A stretch of DNA of 64,000 bases from an uncultured Haloferula sp. (lineage in GTDB: Bacteria; Verrucomicrobiota; Verrucomicrobiia; Verrucomicrobiales; Akkermansiaceae), in assembly GCA_965652295.1 (NCBI GenBank), contig CBFGTS010000001.1:512001-576000 (forward strand). The letters run 5' to 3'. The position numbers were made by a program, and so were the translations under genes. The notes below the pieces were generated by a model. That model searched no databases. It was given only the letters and a program-made list of their open reading frames with translations, and was not told where the DNA came from. This document shows positions 1 through 9,079 of the stretch, one piece after another (position 1 is the first letter of the stretch; each line of letters opens with the position of its first letter).

Positions 1-74
1 GGCGCCCACTCGCGGAGAAAGGCGAGCAGGACGAGGGCAACGACACCGAGAGTGAGTGTGATTTCCAGGCTCAT
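1..74 (-). CDS. 5' end of a membrane protein, possibly an SLC13/TrkA-C permease (runs off the window)
   Basis: ATG at 74 reads MSLEITLTLGVVALVLLAFLREWA, a hydrophobic N-terminus, open to the window edge. Confidence 0.5.
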   Translation of the reverse strand, partial: MSLEITLTLGVVALVLLAFLREWA

Positions 75-256
75 GGAGCCTCCGCCCCGGCCCGTATCTC
101 TTTTCCAGCGACCGGCAAGTCCAAATCCGGGAGAGAGAGCGAGGGGACGATCACGCGAGGGAAAGGAACCGTCGATGGACGCCGATGTTTTGGGGCAGAT
201 CATTCACCGGCCCTTCACGCCTTGGCGTTGAAAAGACGCTGTGACCCGAAGCCGGA

Positions 257-290
257 CCGCCGCAGTGGAACCCTATAACCACTGCGGCGG
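257..290. terminator. Stem-loop downstream of the passenger-repeat gene
   Basis: Perfect 12-bp inverted repeat CCGCCGCAGTGG / CCACTGCGGCGG with a 10-nt loop; no clear U-tract. Confidence 0.5.
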
Positions 291-325
291 CTTGAACCCC
301 ATGCGGCGGTGCCGCCTATCGGGAA

Positions 326-3300
326 TCATTCAGGTGTGACGAGGAGGCGGACGAAGAGCCGCTCCTGGCCGAGAGGGATGGTGTATTCGACGGTGTCGCC
401 GACCACTTCAGATGATGCAGGCGACCACGTGACGAGGTCGGGAGACGTTTGGACGGTGTAGGAGCCGACGAACGAAACTGATTTCGGCCAAACGATCCGG
501 CCATCGACGATCCCGGGAGTCGGGGTGAACGACGAGCCGGTCTCGCCCATGAAGTATTCGATGCCGTTCTGGACGCCGTCCTGGTCGAAATCCAGCTCCG
601 GACCCTGACCTCCGGCGTTCGCTGCGGCCCAGGTGGCGTAGCCCGGGGCTGGGGCGCCGACCTGGAGGACGCCGGTTCCACTGAAGTGGACATCGTCGAT
701 GTTTGCGGCTCCCGAGCCCGATGCACCCCAGGTTCCTTCGCCAACTGTCGAACCGTCGATGGTCAGGCTGGCGACGGTGTCGGAGCCCGTGAAGTTCAGG
801 TCGAGCCTCGCATCCGCGGCGAGGATGACGCCGGCTCCATCGGCAAGGTAGGGCATGTCGATGCTCAGAGTGCCGGCGTTGACGGTGGTGGTCCCGGAGT
901 AGGTGTTCAGGGCGCTCAGTTTCACGGTGCCGATGTTTCCGGCGGTGACGACGACCTGGCCGCTGCCGCTGATGACGGGCGCGAGGGTCTGGGCGTTGTC
1001 GGCGAGGGTGTTTTCAAGGGCCAGCGTGGCGCTCGGGTCGGTGATGGTGATGTCGCTGGCGAGACTTCCGATGACCTTCGTATTTCCGCTGTCGCTCAAG
1101 AGAAGGGTGCCGCCGTTGATGGTGGTGCCGCCCGTGTAGTCATTGAAGGTTCCGGGGCCGGTGAGGCCGATCGTGCTTTTCAAGGTCTGGGTGCCGGCGC
1201 CGTTCTTCACCAGCGCCAGACTGCCGGTGCTGGCGAAGCTGTCGCGGATGATGCCGGTGAAGGTGAAGTCGGCACCCGCGGTGTCGATGATGAGGGTCGC
1301 GGTGCCGGCGCCGTCGACTTCCTGGTTCTGGACGACGTTGGCGTTGCCGGCGGTGCTGGACAGGCCGCCGATGGTTTCGGTGAAGCCGAGCAGGTTGAGC
1401 TTGGCGCCGTTGTTGATCTCCACCACTGATCCGTCGGGCAGGACTTCGTTGGTCCCGATGGCCAGCCCGCCGCCGTTGAGGATGGTGTCGCCGGTATACT
1501 GGTTGGCTCCGGAGAGGGTGAGGGTTCCGTTGCCGATCTTGGTCAGAGACAGCGTGCCGGTGCCGGAGAGGTGGTCGGCGAGGACGCCTTCAAAGATCCC
1601 GCCGCCGTTTCCGCTGCCGACCGTCAGGGTGGAGTGGGTGCCGGTGGCGTTGTTGACGATGGTGCCGCCGAAACCCTCCAGGGCGCCGACGGCTTGGGAC
1701 GTGCCGTTCAGGTCGAGAACGCCGGCGTCGATCGTCAGCGGGCCGGCGGCGTCGCCCAGGGTGCCGGAGCCGGTCAGCTGGAGATGGCCGCCATCCAGCA
1801 GGGTTCCTCCCAGATAGGTGTTGGCTGCGGAAAACACGGTCGGTCCGGATCCGGTTCCATCGATCTCCACGCCGCCCGAACCGACAATCGTCGCATCGAT
1901 GGCCAGGGGCTGTTCGCTGTGATTGCTCATCGACTGGTCGAGACTCAGCTCCAGCTCGCTCATGGTCAGGGTGGCGCCGTTGTTTCCTGCCTCCATGGCG
2001 ATGCCCCCTCCTTGAAGGGTGAGCCGGCTGTCACCGGAAATGGTCACAGCCGGGGTGCCATCGGCAAAGGTAAGGCTGTAGATGTTGAAGTCTTTGCCCA
2101 GCGTGTTGGAAAGGTTGGCGGGAGCGCCGTTGCCGTTGGCGGCGAAGATGACGTCGGTGGTGGACGACGGGTAGGTGCCGAGAAAGCTGGTTCCGTTGCT
2201 GTTTTCGGTGAAGTTGCCTTCCGGACCGTCGATGCTGGTCCACGACGAGCCGTGGATGCCCGACCAGTAGGCGGTGAAGGGAACGGACGCTCCACTGGTG
2301 ACGAGCTCGATCGCGGTGTCGGTCACGTTGAGTTCGCCGGTGATCCCGAAAACCAGCGTGGGGTTGCCGAGAGTGAGGCTGCCGACGGTGACGCCGGTTC
2401 CGGTCGTGAAGCCGCTGCCGGTGCCACTGCCGAAGGTAACGAGCGTGTAGGTTTCGCCTGCCTCCAGGCCCCGGTCGGTGATGGTGATGATCGCGCCGCC
2501 GTCGTTCACCGTCAGCGGATTGCTTTCGAGGGAAAGGCCATCCCACTCGGTCGATCCCACTTCAAAGTCGAGCTTCGCGGCGTTGCCGGCAGTGCCACCC
2601 AACGTAAGACCGGCGCTGTGGGTCAGGGTCAGGTCTCCGAAGCCGTTGTCGACGAGATCGATGGCGCCCTGTTGCGCGGCGTCGCTTCCGGTCGCGAGGC
2701 TGACGGGGCCGTTGATCGAGCCGCTTCCCCCCAAGCCCGCACCATCGGCGACGCTCACCGTGCTATCGGCGGCCAGGCTGCCGTGGATGCGGAGGGTGCC
2801 CCCGAGGACATCGGTCGCGCCGGTGTAGGTGTTGATGCCCGACAACGTCAGCGTGCCGCTTCCGGATTTGGTAAGGGAGCCGGTCGCGCCGGTGTCGTCG
2901 GCGAAAGCCGCGCCGGTGGCGATGGCGAAGCCGTTGGTGTCGAACAACGCACCGTCGTTTCCGACATAGGCGGTGCTGCCTCCGGCGAAGTACTGGCTCT
3001 TGGTGATGGTCAGGAAGTTGGGGTTGCTCTGCGAGGCGATGACCTGCGTGCCGTTGAATACGTTGTGCACGGGAAAGGTGGCGTCTGTGGAATCCCGGGC
3101 GGAGATCGATCCGACGGTGAGCGTGCCGCCGTGAAGCTGGAACTGCCCGGTGGCGACGGATCCCGCGAGGTTCAAGCTGGCGGCGGTGATGTTCGATGAG
3201 TCCCGCAGAACCACGCTCGCCCAATCGTTGCTGGCGGCGCCGACGTTGGTGATGGAGCCGGTGACGTTTGCCTCCGTCGTTCCGTCGAAGATCAGGTTGG

Positions 3301-3979
3301 ACCGACCGACGATGACGTTGCCGGAGACGTTGAGCGTGGCATCGGTGACGGTGGTGCTTTGCTCCGCCGTATAGATCCCGTCGGTCTGGGGCGCCGAGGT
3401 GGGGTTGTTCCCTGCGGTGCCTTGCGAGATCAGGGAGGCGAGCGTCACCTCGCCGGTGAAGAGGGTCTGCGCTGCGACTCCGGCGGCGGCTCCGGCGCTG
3501 GTCGTCAGGCTGCGGTCGGCACCGGTGACGGCGCCGTTGAGAGTCAAAGATCCCGAGGCGGACGCATTGCCGAAGGTTTGGTCGGCGGTGAGAGTGATAT
3601 CGCTGTTGAGGATCTGTGCCGCTCCGTCGGAGGTGATGCCACCGGAGAGGGCGAAGGAACTTCCGCCGATCGTGAAGGCGTTCGCTCCCGTCGCGAAGCG
3701 GAGGCCGGCGAATGGCCCCGCCAGGTCGCTGGTGAGGGAGGTGACGGATGAGGTGCCGAAATAAAGGACATCTCCGGCCTGGGGCGCGCCGTTGGCGGCG
3801 CCGGGAACCGCGACTCCGAGCGTCCAGTTCATACCGCTCCAGGTTCCATCGGTGGGGGTCAACGACCACGCCGCATCAGCCGCCGCGAGTGGATCGGATA
3901 GCAGGATGAGGAGGGGAAGCATCGATGCTCCTGGAATGGCGAGACGGAGATTCGGCAGGATGGAATGCGAAGTGTCCAT
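326..3979 (-). CDS. Large secreted beta-helical protein with autotransporter-associated beta-strand (PATR) repeats; no C-terminal barrel
   Basis: About five repeats such as LTKSGSGTLTLSGINTYTGATDVLGGTL and LTKIGNGTLTLSGANQYTGDTILNGG; signal-like N-terminus; C-terminal YATWAAAN...DFDQDGVQNGIEY...YTVQTSPDLVTW...FVRL. Confidence 0.85.
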   Translation of the reverse strand: MDTSHSILPNLRLAIPGASMLPLLILLSDPLAAADAAWSLTPTDGTWSGMNWTLGVAVPGAANGAPQAGDVLYFGTSSVTSLTSDLAGPFAGLRFATGANAFTIGGSSFALSGGITSDGAAQILNSDITLTADQTFGNASASGSLTLNGAVTGADRSLTTSAGAAAGVAAQTLFTGEVTLASLISQGTAGNNPTSAPQTDGIYTAEQSTTVTDATLNVSGNVIVGRSNLIFDGTTEANVTGSITNVGAASNDWASVVLRDSSNITAASLNLAGSVATGQFQLHGGTLTVGSISARDSTDATFPVHNVFNGTQVIASQSNPNFLTITKSQYFAGGSTAYVGNDGALFDTNGFAIATGAAFADDTGATGSLTKSGSGTLTLSGINTYTGATDVLGGTLRIHGSLAADSTVSVADGAGLGGSGSINGPVSLATGSDAAQQGAIDLVDNGFGDLTLTHSAGLTLGGTAGNAAKLDFEVGSTEWDGLSLESNPLTVNDGGAIITITDRGLEAGETYTLVTFGSGTGSGFTTGTGVTVGSLTLGNPTLVFGITGELNVTDTAIELVTSGASVPFTAYWSGIHGSSWTSIDGPEGNFTENSNGTSFLGTYPSSTTDVIFAANGNGAPANLSNTLGKDFNIYSLTFADGTPAVTISGDSRLTLQGGGIAMEAGNNGATLTMSELELSLDQSMSNHSEQPLAIDATIVGSGGVEIDGTGSGPTVFSAANTYLGGTLLDGGHLQLTGSGTLGDAAGPLTIDAGVLDLNGTSQAVGALEGFGGTIVNNATGTHSTLTVGSGNGGGIFEGVLADHLSGTGTLSLTKIGNGTLTLSGANQYTGDTILNGGGLAIGTNEVLPDGSVVEINNGAKLNLLGFTETIGGLSSTAGNANVVQNQEVDGAGTATLIIDTAGADFTFTGIIRDSFASTGSLALVKNGAGTQTLKSTIGLTGPGTFNDYTGGTTINGGTLLLSDSGNTKVIGSLASDITITDPSATLALENTLADNAQTLAPVISGSGQVVVTAGNIGTVKLSALNTYSGTTTVNAGTLSIDMPYLADGAGVILAADARLDLNFTGSDTVASLTIDGSTVGEGTWGASGSGAANIDDVHFSGTGVLQVGAPAPGYATWAAANAGGQGPELDFDQDGVQNGIEYFMGETGSSFTPTPGIVDGRIVWPKSVSFVGSYTVQTSPDLVTWSPASSEVVGDTVEYTIPLGQERLFVRLLVTPE

Positions 3980-4100
3980 GAAGATGGTGATGGGTTTTTG
4001 ATGGGGAGTGATTGCGAACTACGGGAGGTATAGGAGCCAGCATGGAGGAGCTTCCGATCCCATTCCGCAGTATGCGAGGGAATCACCGCTGGATCGCCAA

Positions 4101-4125
4101 GGTCAATGGACCCGATCGGGCTCAT
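4101..4125 (-). promoter_or_regulatory. Imperfect palindrome abutting a TTGACC -35-like hexamer (copy 1)
   Basis: Minus strand ATGAGCCCGATCGGGTCCA-TTGACC; 17 bp identical to the copy at 5174-5190. Confidence 0.65.
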
Positions 4126-4296
4126 CGGGGCTCCGGGCCGGGTCGCGAAAGAAAAAGGGTTCCATCAATTCTCCAGTGGTTCAGGTCGGAAGCGCGGTCC
4201 GAAAGTTTCAAGGTCGAAGGTCGAAAGTCCCTTGGTTCCTGCCGGGACGGTATTTCGGTGTCTTGGCGGCATGAAACCGATCTGGCAGAGAAGCAT

Positions 4297-4333
4297 AAAA
4301 AAGCCGCAGACCCCTGGAAGGAGTGCTGCGGCT
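4297..4333 (-). terminator. Rho-independent terminator of the PEP-CTERM gene
   Basis: AGCCGCAG / CTGCGGCT stem followed by a T-tract on the minus strand, about 25 bp after the stop. Confidence 0.7.
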
Positions 4334-4358
4334 GAAATCGAAAGGTTCCGCGGTTCGT

Positions 4359-5081
4359 TCAGTAGCGGCGCCGGCGGACGAGCAGCAGGCCACCGATGCT
4401 GGCAAGCGATATGACGACGGCACCCGGTTCGGGCACGACGGTCGCGTCGAGCCTGAAGTTGTCCAAGCTGGCCTGGATCGTGCCGTCACCGGTATAGCTG
4501 GCTCCGACGAACAGATTGTCGCTGACGCTGGAGCCGGTCGTGAAGGTGACGACGAAGTCCTGGAAGGAGCCCGCCACGGCCGAGACGCCGGTTGTCGAGT
4601 CGAGGGTGGCGAGGAGCGTCGGGTCGGTCGTTCCCGAGGTGCCGTTGTAGAGCGAAATCGCGGTCGAGCCGTTCGTCCGGTCGAGCCTTTGCCCCAGCGC
4701 GACAGTGAGGGTGTAGGTGGTGTTCGCTTGGAGGCTTCCGACATCCTGGAAGATGTGGACGGTGCCTCCGTTGATGGATTGGTTCAGCCAGGCAATGTTC
4801 GTGCCATCGGCTCCGAGCGGGGTGCTTGATCCGGCAGCGTTGGTGTATTGGCCGCTTCCGGGGTTCTCGATTCCGAAGTCCTGGAAGCCGCCTCCTGTCT
4901 GGATGACATAGGACCAGCCGTTGAAGGTCCCGCTCGGTTTGGTGGCGGCGAGGCTGAACGTGTTGTCGCTTCCGATCGCGGGGGTTTCGAAACTGTGGTT
5001 GGTGATCGCCACGCTGGCGGCTTGAGCGGAGGACGCCAAGGCGAGCGCCAGGCTGATGACGGTGGGGAAGGATGGTTTCAT
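4359..5081 (-). CDS. PEP-CTERM sorting domain protein with a possible carbohydrate-binding-like domain
   Basis: Signal peptide MKPSFPTVISLALALASSAQA; ITNHSFETP; C-terminal VPEP, hydrophobic segment, RRRRY. Confidence 0.9.
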   Translation of the reverse strand: MKPSFPTVISLALALASSAQAASVAITNHSFETPAIGSDNTFSLAATKPSGTFNGWSYVIQTGGGFQDFGIENPGSGQYTNAAGSSTPLGADGTNIAWLNQSINGGTVHIFQDVGSLQANTTYTLTVALGQRLDRTNGSTAISLYNGTSGTTDPTLLATLDSTTGVSAVAGSFQDFVVTFTTGSSVSDNLFVGASYTGDGTIQASLDNFRLDATVVPEPGAVVISLASIGGLLLVRRRRY

Positions 5082-5173
5082 GGGGATGATATGGGTTGCG
5101 GTAGGATGATGACGACCCATTCTGGAGGGACGGCATCATCAGCACCGTAACTGCATCACCGACCATGCGGCGC

Positions 5174-5198
5174 GGTCAATGGACCCGATCAGGCCTAT
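5174..5198 (-). promoter_or_regulatory. Imperfect palindrome abutting a TTGACC -35-like hexamer (copy 2)
   Basis: Minus strand ATAGGCCTGATCGGGTCCA-TTGACC, then N12-CGGTGAT exactly as in copy 1. Confidence 0.65.
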
Positions 5199-5207
5199 CT
5201 CCTGTCC

Positions 5208-5900
5208 TCAGTTCCCGAAGAACTTCGCCACCGCCTCGGTGCCGGACCTGACCTGGAGCTTCCGGTAAATCCCGCGGAGCCGATTGTGCACGGTATGCGG
5301 ACTGAGGTTCAATCGGTCCGCGATCTCCTTGTAAACGAGGCCTTTGGCGAGCAGGCCGAGGATTTCTTCTTCCCTGTGGGTGAGCGAGGCATGAGTGGGG
5401 ACCCGGGTCCGGTGGAAGTGCGAAACCACACGGCGGGCGATCTCCATGGACATGGGAGATCCGCCGCGGACCGTGTCGTGGATGGCACGGATCAGTTCCT
5501 CGGGAGCGGATCGTTTCAGGAGGTAGCCGCAGGCCCCGGAACGCAGCGCGTCGAAGATCAGTTCGGTGTCGTCATAGGTCGTGAGCATGACGAACTCGGT
5601 GTCGGGCATCGATGGCTTGAGCTGCGCGACGCATTCGATCCCGCTCTTCTCCGGCAGGTTGATGTCCATCAGGACGATGTCCGGCCGGAGTTCGGGAATC
5701 CGTTCCAGTGCCTCCGCACCATCGGTGCAGACGCCGGCGCACTCGATGCCGGAAGCGAGGTCGAGCAGCTTGGCGAACGTTTCCCTCGTCGCACGATGAT
5801 CCTCGACCAGACAGACGCGGATCACATCGGGGCTCGGACGTTGGAGTTCCTTCTCTTCCATGTCTCCGGTCATTGTCGCTGTGGTTTTTGCCGTTTTCAA
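5208..5900 (-). CDS. NarL/LuxR-family DNA-binding response regulator (start may be ATG 5873)
   Basis: Receiver motifs VEDH and DIVLMDINLP; LuxR HTH LTHREEEILGLLAKGLVYKEIADRLNLSPHTV. Confidence 0.95.
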   Translation of the reverse strand: MKTAKTTATMTGDMEEKELQRPSPDVIRVCLVEDHRATRETFAKLLDLASGIECAGVCTDGAEALERIPELRPDIVLMDINLPEKSGIECVAQLKPSMPDTEFVMLTTYDDTELIFDALRSGACGYLLKRSAPEELIRAIHDTVRGGSPMSMEIARRVVSHFHRTRVPTHASLTHREEEILGLLAKGLVYKEIADRLNLSPHTVHNRLRGIYRKLQVRSGTEAVAKFFGN

Positions 5901-5903
5901 TGT

Positions 5904-8900
5904 TCATCCCTGCCGGTTCCGGGACGGTCGGGCGAGCGGCAGTTTGAGCGCCACTCGCCCTCCCGGAGGGCCGGGTTGATGGAAGTCCACGCTGCCGCCG
6001 ATTGCGGCCACGCGCTCGCGTATGTTTCGCAATCCGTCCGATCCGGGCCCGGCGGAATCTTCTGAAAAACCCGTGCCGTTGTCCTCGATGACGACTTCCA
6101 GCGCGCCACCGACGATTGCGACGTGGAGGGCGATCCGATGGCCGCGCGAATGTTTCACCGCATTGTTGAGCGCTTCCTTTACGACCAGCAGGAGGTGGTG
6201 GCGGACATCGGCGGCGAGCGGAAGGTCCGGGATGTCCTGCGGCAGATCGAGTTCGCACTCGCATTCCGTGGAGGAAATGAAGCGCAGCGCGTATTTCCCG
6301 AGATATTCGACCGTCCCCGCAAGGCTGTCGTAGCGCGGGTTCACCGCCCACACGATCTCATCGAGTGTGTCCACGGTCCGCCGCGCGATGTTCGCGATGT
6401 CGTGGAAGTGCGCCGGCGCGGCCGCGGGCTCATCGAGTTGTCCGACACGACTGGTGGCGGCGATGTGGGTGAGCTGGGCTCCAAGTTCATCGTGCATGTC
6501 GCGGGCAATGCGCGTTCGCTCGCGCTCGACCGCGCGCTCTTGCCGCAGCCGGCGGATCTTCGCCCGTGCCTTCAGCATGACGATCCTCCAAACCGCAGCG
6601 GCCAGGGCGAGCAACAGCGCGATTTTGAAATAGAGCGTCTGCCACCACATCGGCCTCACCGTGAAATCCAACGTTGCGGTTTCCGGCTGCCACGGATCGC
6701 TGCCCCGCGCGGCCGCCACTTCGAACCGGTAGTGGCCTGGTCCCAGTTCGGTGAAGGTCGCTTCGCGGTCCGCGCCCACCATGTTCCAATCGCCGGAGTT
6801 CCCATTGCCCAGCCTGTAGCGGAAACGTACCTTCTCGGGCGCGGCGAGATCCGGCAGAGTGTACCGAATCCGAAGCAAGCCGGGATCTGGCGGCAGCTCC
6901 AGTGCGTCCGTTCGGTTCCGGTTCCCGATGGACTTGTCCAGGCGGACGTCTTCGATGAGGACCTTGCGGGGTCCGCCGCTTGGCTCACGTGCTGCCGGTC
7001 GGGCTTCGAGGAGGCCTCCATTGGTCGCGAACCACAAATGGCCGTCGGCCGTTTTCACGACTCCGCCCTGTCCTGCCAGAGCGAACTCAAGATTCGGCAC
7101 GCCTTCGTTGGACCCATGGTGTTCCGCGGCGATCTCCGGTTCCTCTCCCGCCAAGCGTCGCTCGATTTCGCGCCTGGTGGTGCTGAAGAGCCCCTGCGCG
7201 GTGCCGATCCAGAACTCGTCATCCGCGGGCGCACCCTCTTCAACCGGCTGGATGAAAAGTGAACGGATCTCGGCGAGCGGCAGACCCGGATCGGTCGGAA
7301 GCCGGACCGCTTCACCGTCACGCCAGCGGTAGAGTCCGCCTAACAACGTGCCGATCCAGACGTCGTCTCCGTCAGGAACGATGAACCTGACGATCCAATC
7401 CAGCTCGGAATCCGGCAGTGCCACCGGTGTTTGTCGGCCGTCCTTGGAAAAGAAAACCCGGCCGTCCCGCGTGCCGAACCAGATGCGTCCGGAGGCGTCC
7501 TTGGCGAGCGCTCTCACATCCATCTCGCCGCTGTTTTCCGAAAACCGCTCGTAGCCGTCCGGCCCGCGGCGCAAGACACCATCGCGAGCCGTCGCGACCC
7601 ATAGCCCGCCCTGGGGATCCGCCAGCAGCGCCCGCACTTCGGCATGCGCGGGCTCCGCGGAAAGGACGCCGTCCTTCCAGCGCAGCAGCCCCGTGGAGGT
7701 TCCGATCCATACGCCTCCGGTCGGATCCGCGATTACCACCCGCGCCGGATCCCGTGACTGCCAACCGGGGGGAACCTCGAATCGGTCTCCGCGCGTGTTT
7801 TCCTGCACTGCGGGCACGCCGTATTTGTTCACCCACCAAAGTTTCCCGTCGCCATCAGCGGCGAGCGAAACCAAGCCGGGATCGTCCATTCCGGCCAACT
7901 CGGGCCCGTGCAGGAAAAACCGGCGTGGTGTCAGGCGGTTCAGCCCGCCGCCCCATGTGCCGACCCAGAGCATGCCCTGATCGTCTTCGGCCAAGGCCGA
8001 AATGGCGCCCATGAACGTGGGCACCCTTTGCAAGGTCCCATTTCGAAAGTGAAACAAGCCGGCCGAACGCGTGCCCATCCATAGACCGCCGTCACGATCT
8101 TCGAGCAGGCAGTTGGTGGCATTCGGCACCTCGACGTGGAGAGCCGCCGAAACGGCGCCATCGTCGGCATACGCGAGGACTCTCGTTCCGCTGATCGCCC
8201 AGACGCCTCCGGCCGCCCGTGTGGCGATCTGTTTTTCTCCCGGGCCGGTGTCTTCCACGGCGACGAACGCTTTGCCATCGAACCTGGCGATCCCCGCGCT
8301 CGTGCAGCACCAGATCGTGCCCTCGCCGGACGAGCAAACGAGCACCCGCCCGCCGGGCGGAACTCCTTCCGCTTCCGCGTAGCTGGTGACGACTCCCTCA
8401 TTGACCCGGAAAACCCGTGCTTCCGTTCCCGATCCAAACCAGACGTCGCCCGCGCCGTCCTCGGCGAAGGAGGAGGACCACGACGCGCTCGTCGGGCGCG
8501 GCTGCACCGGAAGGATCGGGCGCACCGCTCCCTGATGATCCCGGCGGGCCATTCCGCCCTGGTCCAGTCCCAGCCAGAGCGAGCCGTCGCTCGCGGCAAA
8601 CACCGGAGAAACCCACGGCGACGGCAGCCCGGGCACCTCCCTTTTACCCATCAACTGGAATCGCACGCCATCGAAGCGCAGCAAGCCGCTGAAGGTGGTG
8701 AGCCAGAGGTAACCGTCGTCGGTTCTCGTGATACTGCTTACATGGTGATCCGGCATCCCATCCTCCAGCTCCCACGCCCGCAGGACGTAGTCGTTCGAAA
8801 CCGTCGGACCTTCCTGCGCCCGGGCGATGCCGAAAGCGCCGGCGCCGACCAGGACACCCGCAAGCACGACGGCGGCAGCCCGCAGGCTCTGAGCAGGAAG

Positions 8901-8978
8901 CCGTTGGAGATTCCTCAAGATGTTGGAATCCTCGCCCGGAACCCACCACCGGAGCAAGCGCTCCCTCCGCCGCGGCAT
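5904..8978 (-). CDS. Sensor histidine kinase with periplasmic beta-propeller repeats, Y_Y_Y domain and HisKA_3/HATPase (start uncertain)
   Basis: Repeated D-x-x-G-x-(L/I)W motifs; FRYRL...FTELGPGHYRFEV; TM segment; ERERTRIARDMHDELG, EALNNAVKH, DNGTGF, GLRNIRER. Confidence 0.92.
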   Translation of the reverse strand: MPRRRERLLRWWVPGEDSNILRNLQRLPAQSLRAAAVVLAGVLVGAGAFGIARAQEGPTVSNDYVLRAWELEDGMPDHHVSSITRTDDGYLWLTTFSGLLRFDGVRFQLMGKREVPGLPSPWVSPVFAASDGSLWLGLDQGGMARRDHQGAVRPILPVQPRPTSASWSSSFAEDGAGDVWFGSGTEARVFRVNEGVVTSYAEAEGVPPGGRVLVCSSGEGTIWCCTSAGIARFDGKAFVAVEDTGPGEKQIATRAAGGVWAISGTRVLAYADDGAVSAALHVEVPNATNCLLEDRDGGLWMGTRSAGLFHFRNGTLQRVPTFMGAISALAEDDQGMLWVGTWGGGLNRLTPRRFFLHGPELAGMDDPGLVSLAADGDGKLWWVNKYGVPAVQENTRGDRFEVPPGWQSRDPARVVIADPTGGVWIGTSTGLLRWKDGVLSAEPAHAEVRALLADPQGGLWVATARDGVLRRGPDGYERFSENSGEMDVRALAKDASGRIWFGTRDGRVFFSKDGRQTPVALPDSELDWIVRFIVPDGDDVWIGTLLGGLYRWRDGEAVRLPTDPGLPLAEIRSLFIQPVEEGAPADDEFWIGTAQGLFSTTRREIERRLAGEEPEIAAEHHGSNEGVPNLEFALAGQGGVVKTADGHLWFATNGGLLEARPAAREPSGGPRKVLIEDVRLDKSIGNRNRTDALELPPDPGLLRIRYTLPDLAAPEKVRFRYRLGNGNSGDWNMVGADREATFTELGPGHYRFEVAAARGSDPWQPETATLDFTVRPMWWQTLYFKIALLLALAAAVWRIVMLKARAKIRRLRQERAVERERTRIARDMHDELGAQLTHIAATSRVGQLDEPAAAPAHFHDIANIARRTVDTLDEIVWAVNPRYDSLAGTVEYLGKYALRFISSTECECELDLPQDIPDLPLAADVRHHLLLVVKEALNNAVKHSRGHRIALHVAIVGGALEVVIEDNGTGFSEDSAGPGSDGLRNIRERVAAIGGSVDFHQPGPPGGRVALKLPLARPSRNRQG

Positions 8979-9024
8979 GGACCCGTACGGGTCCCTTGCG
9001 GCCGTTTTTTCATCCGTCTACGTT
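8977..9024 (+). promoter_or_regulatory. Perfect palindrome plus sigma70-type promoter for the GH78 gene (copy 3)
   Basis: GGACCCGTACGGGTCC (8979-8994), then TTGCGG (8996-9001)-N17-TACGTT (9019-9024). Confidence 0.7.
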
Positions 9025-9079
9025 GGGAACTGTCTCCGGCTCGATTTCCGCGCCGTTTCCTGCTTTTTTCGATCAACCC

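Noticed and set aside
4201..4231. Heptamer run AAGGTCG-AAGGTCG-AAAGTCC
   Set aside because: Only two exact units and no second locus in the window; could be chance
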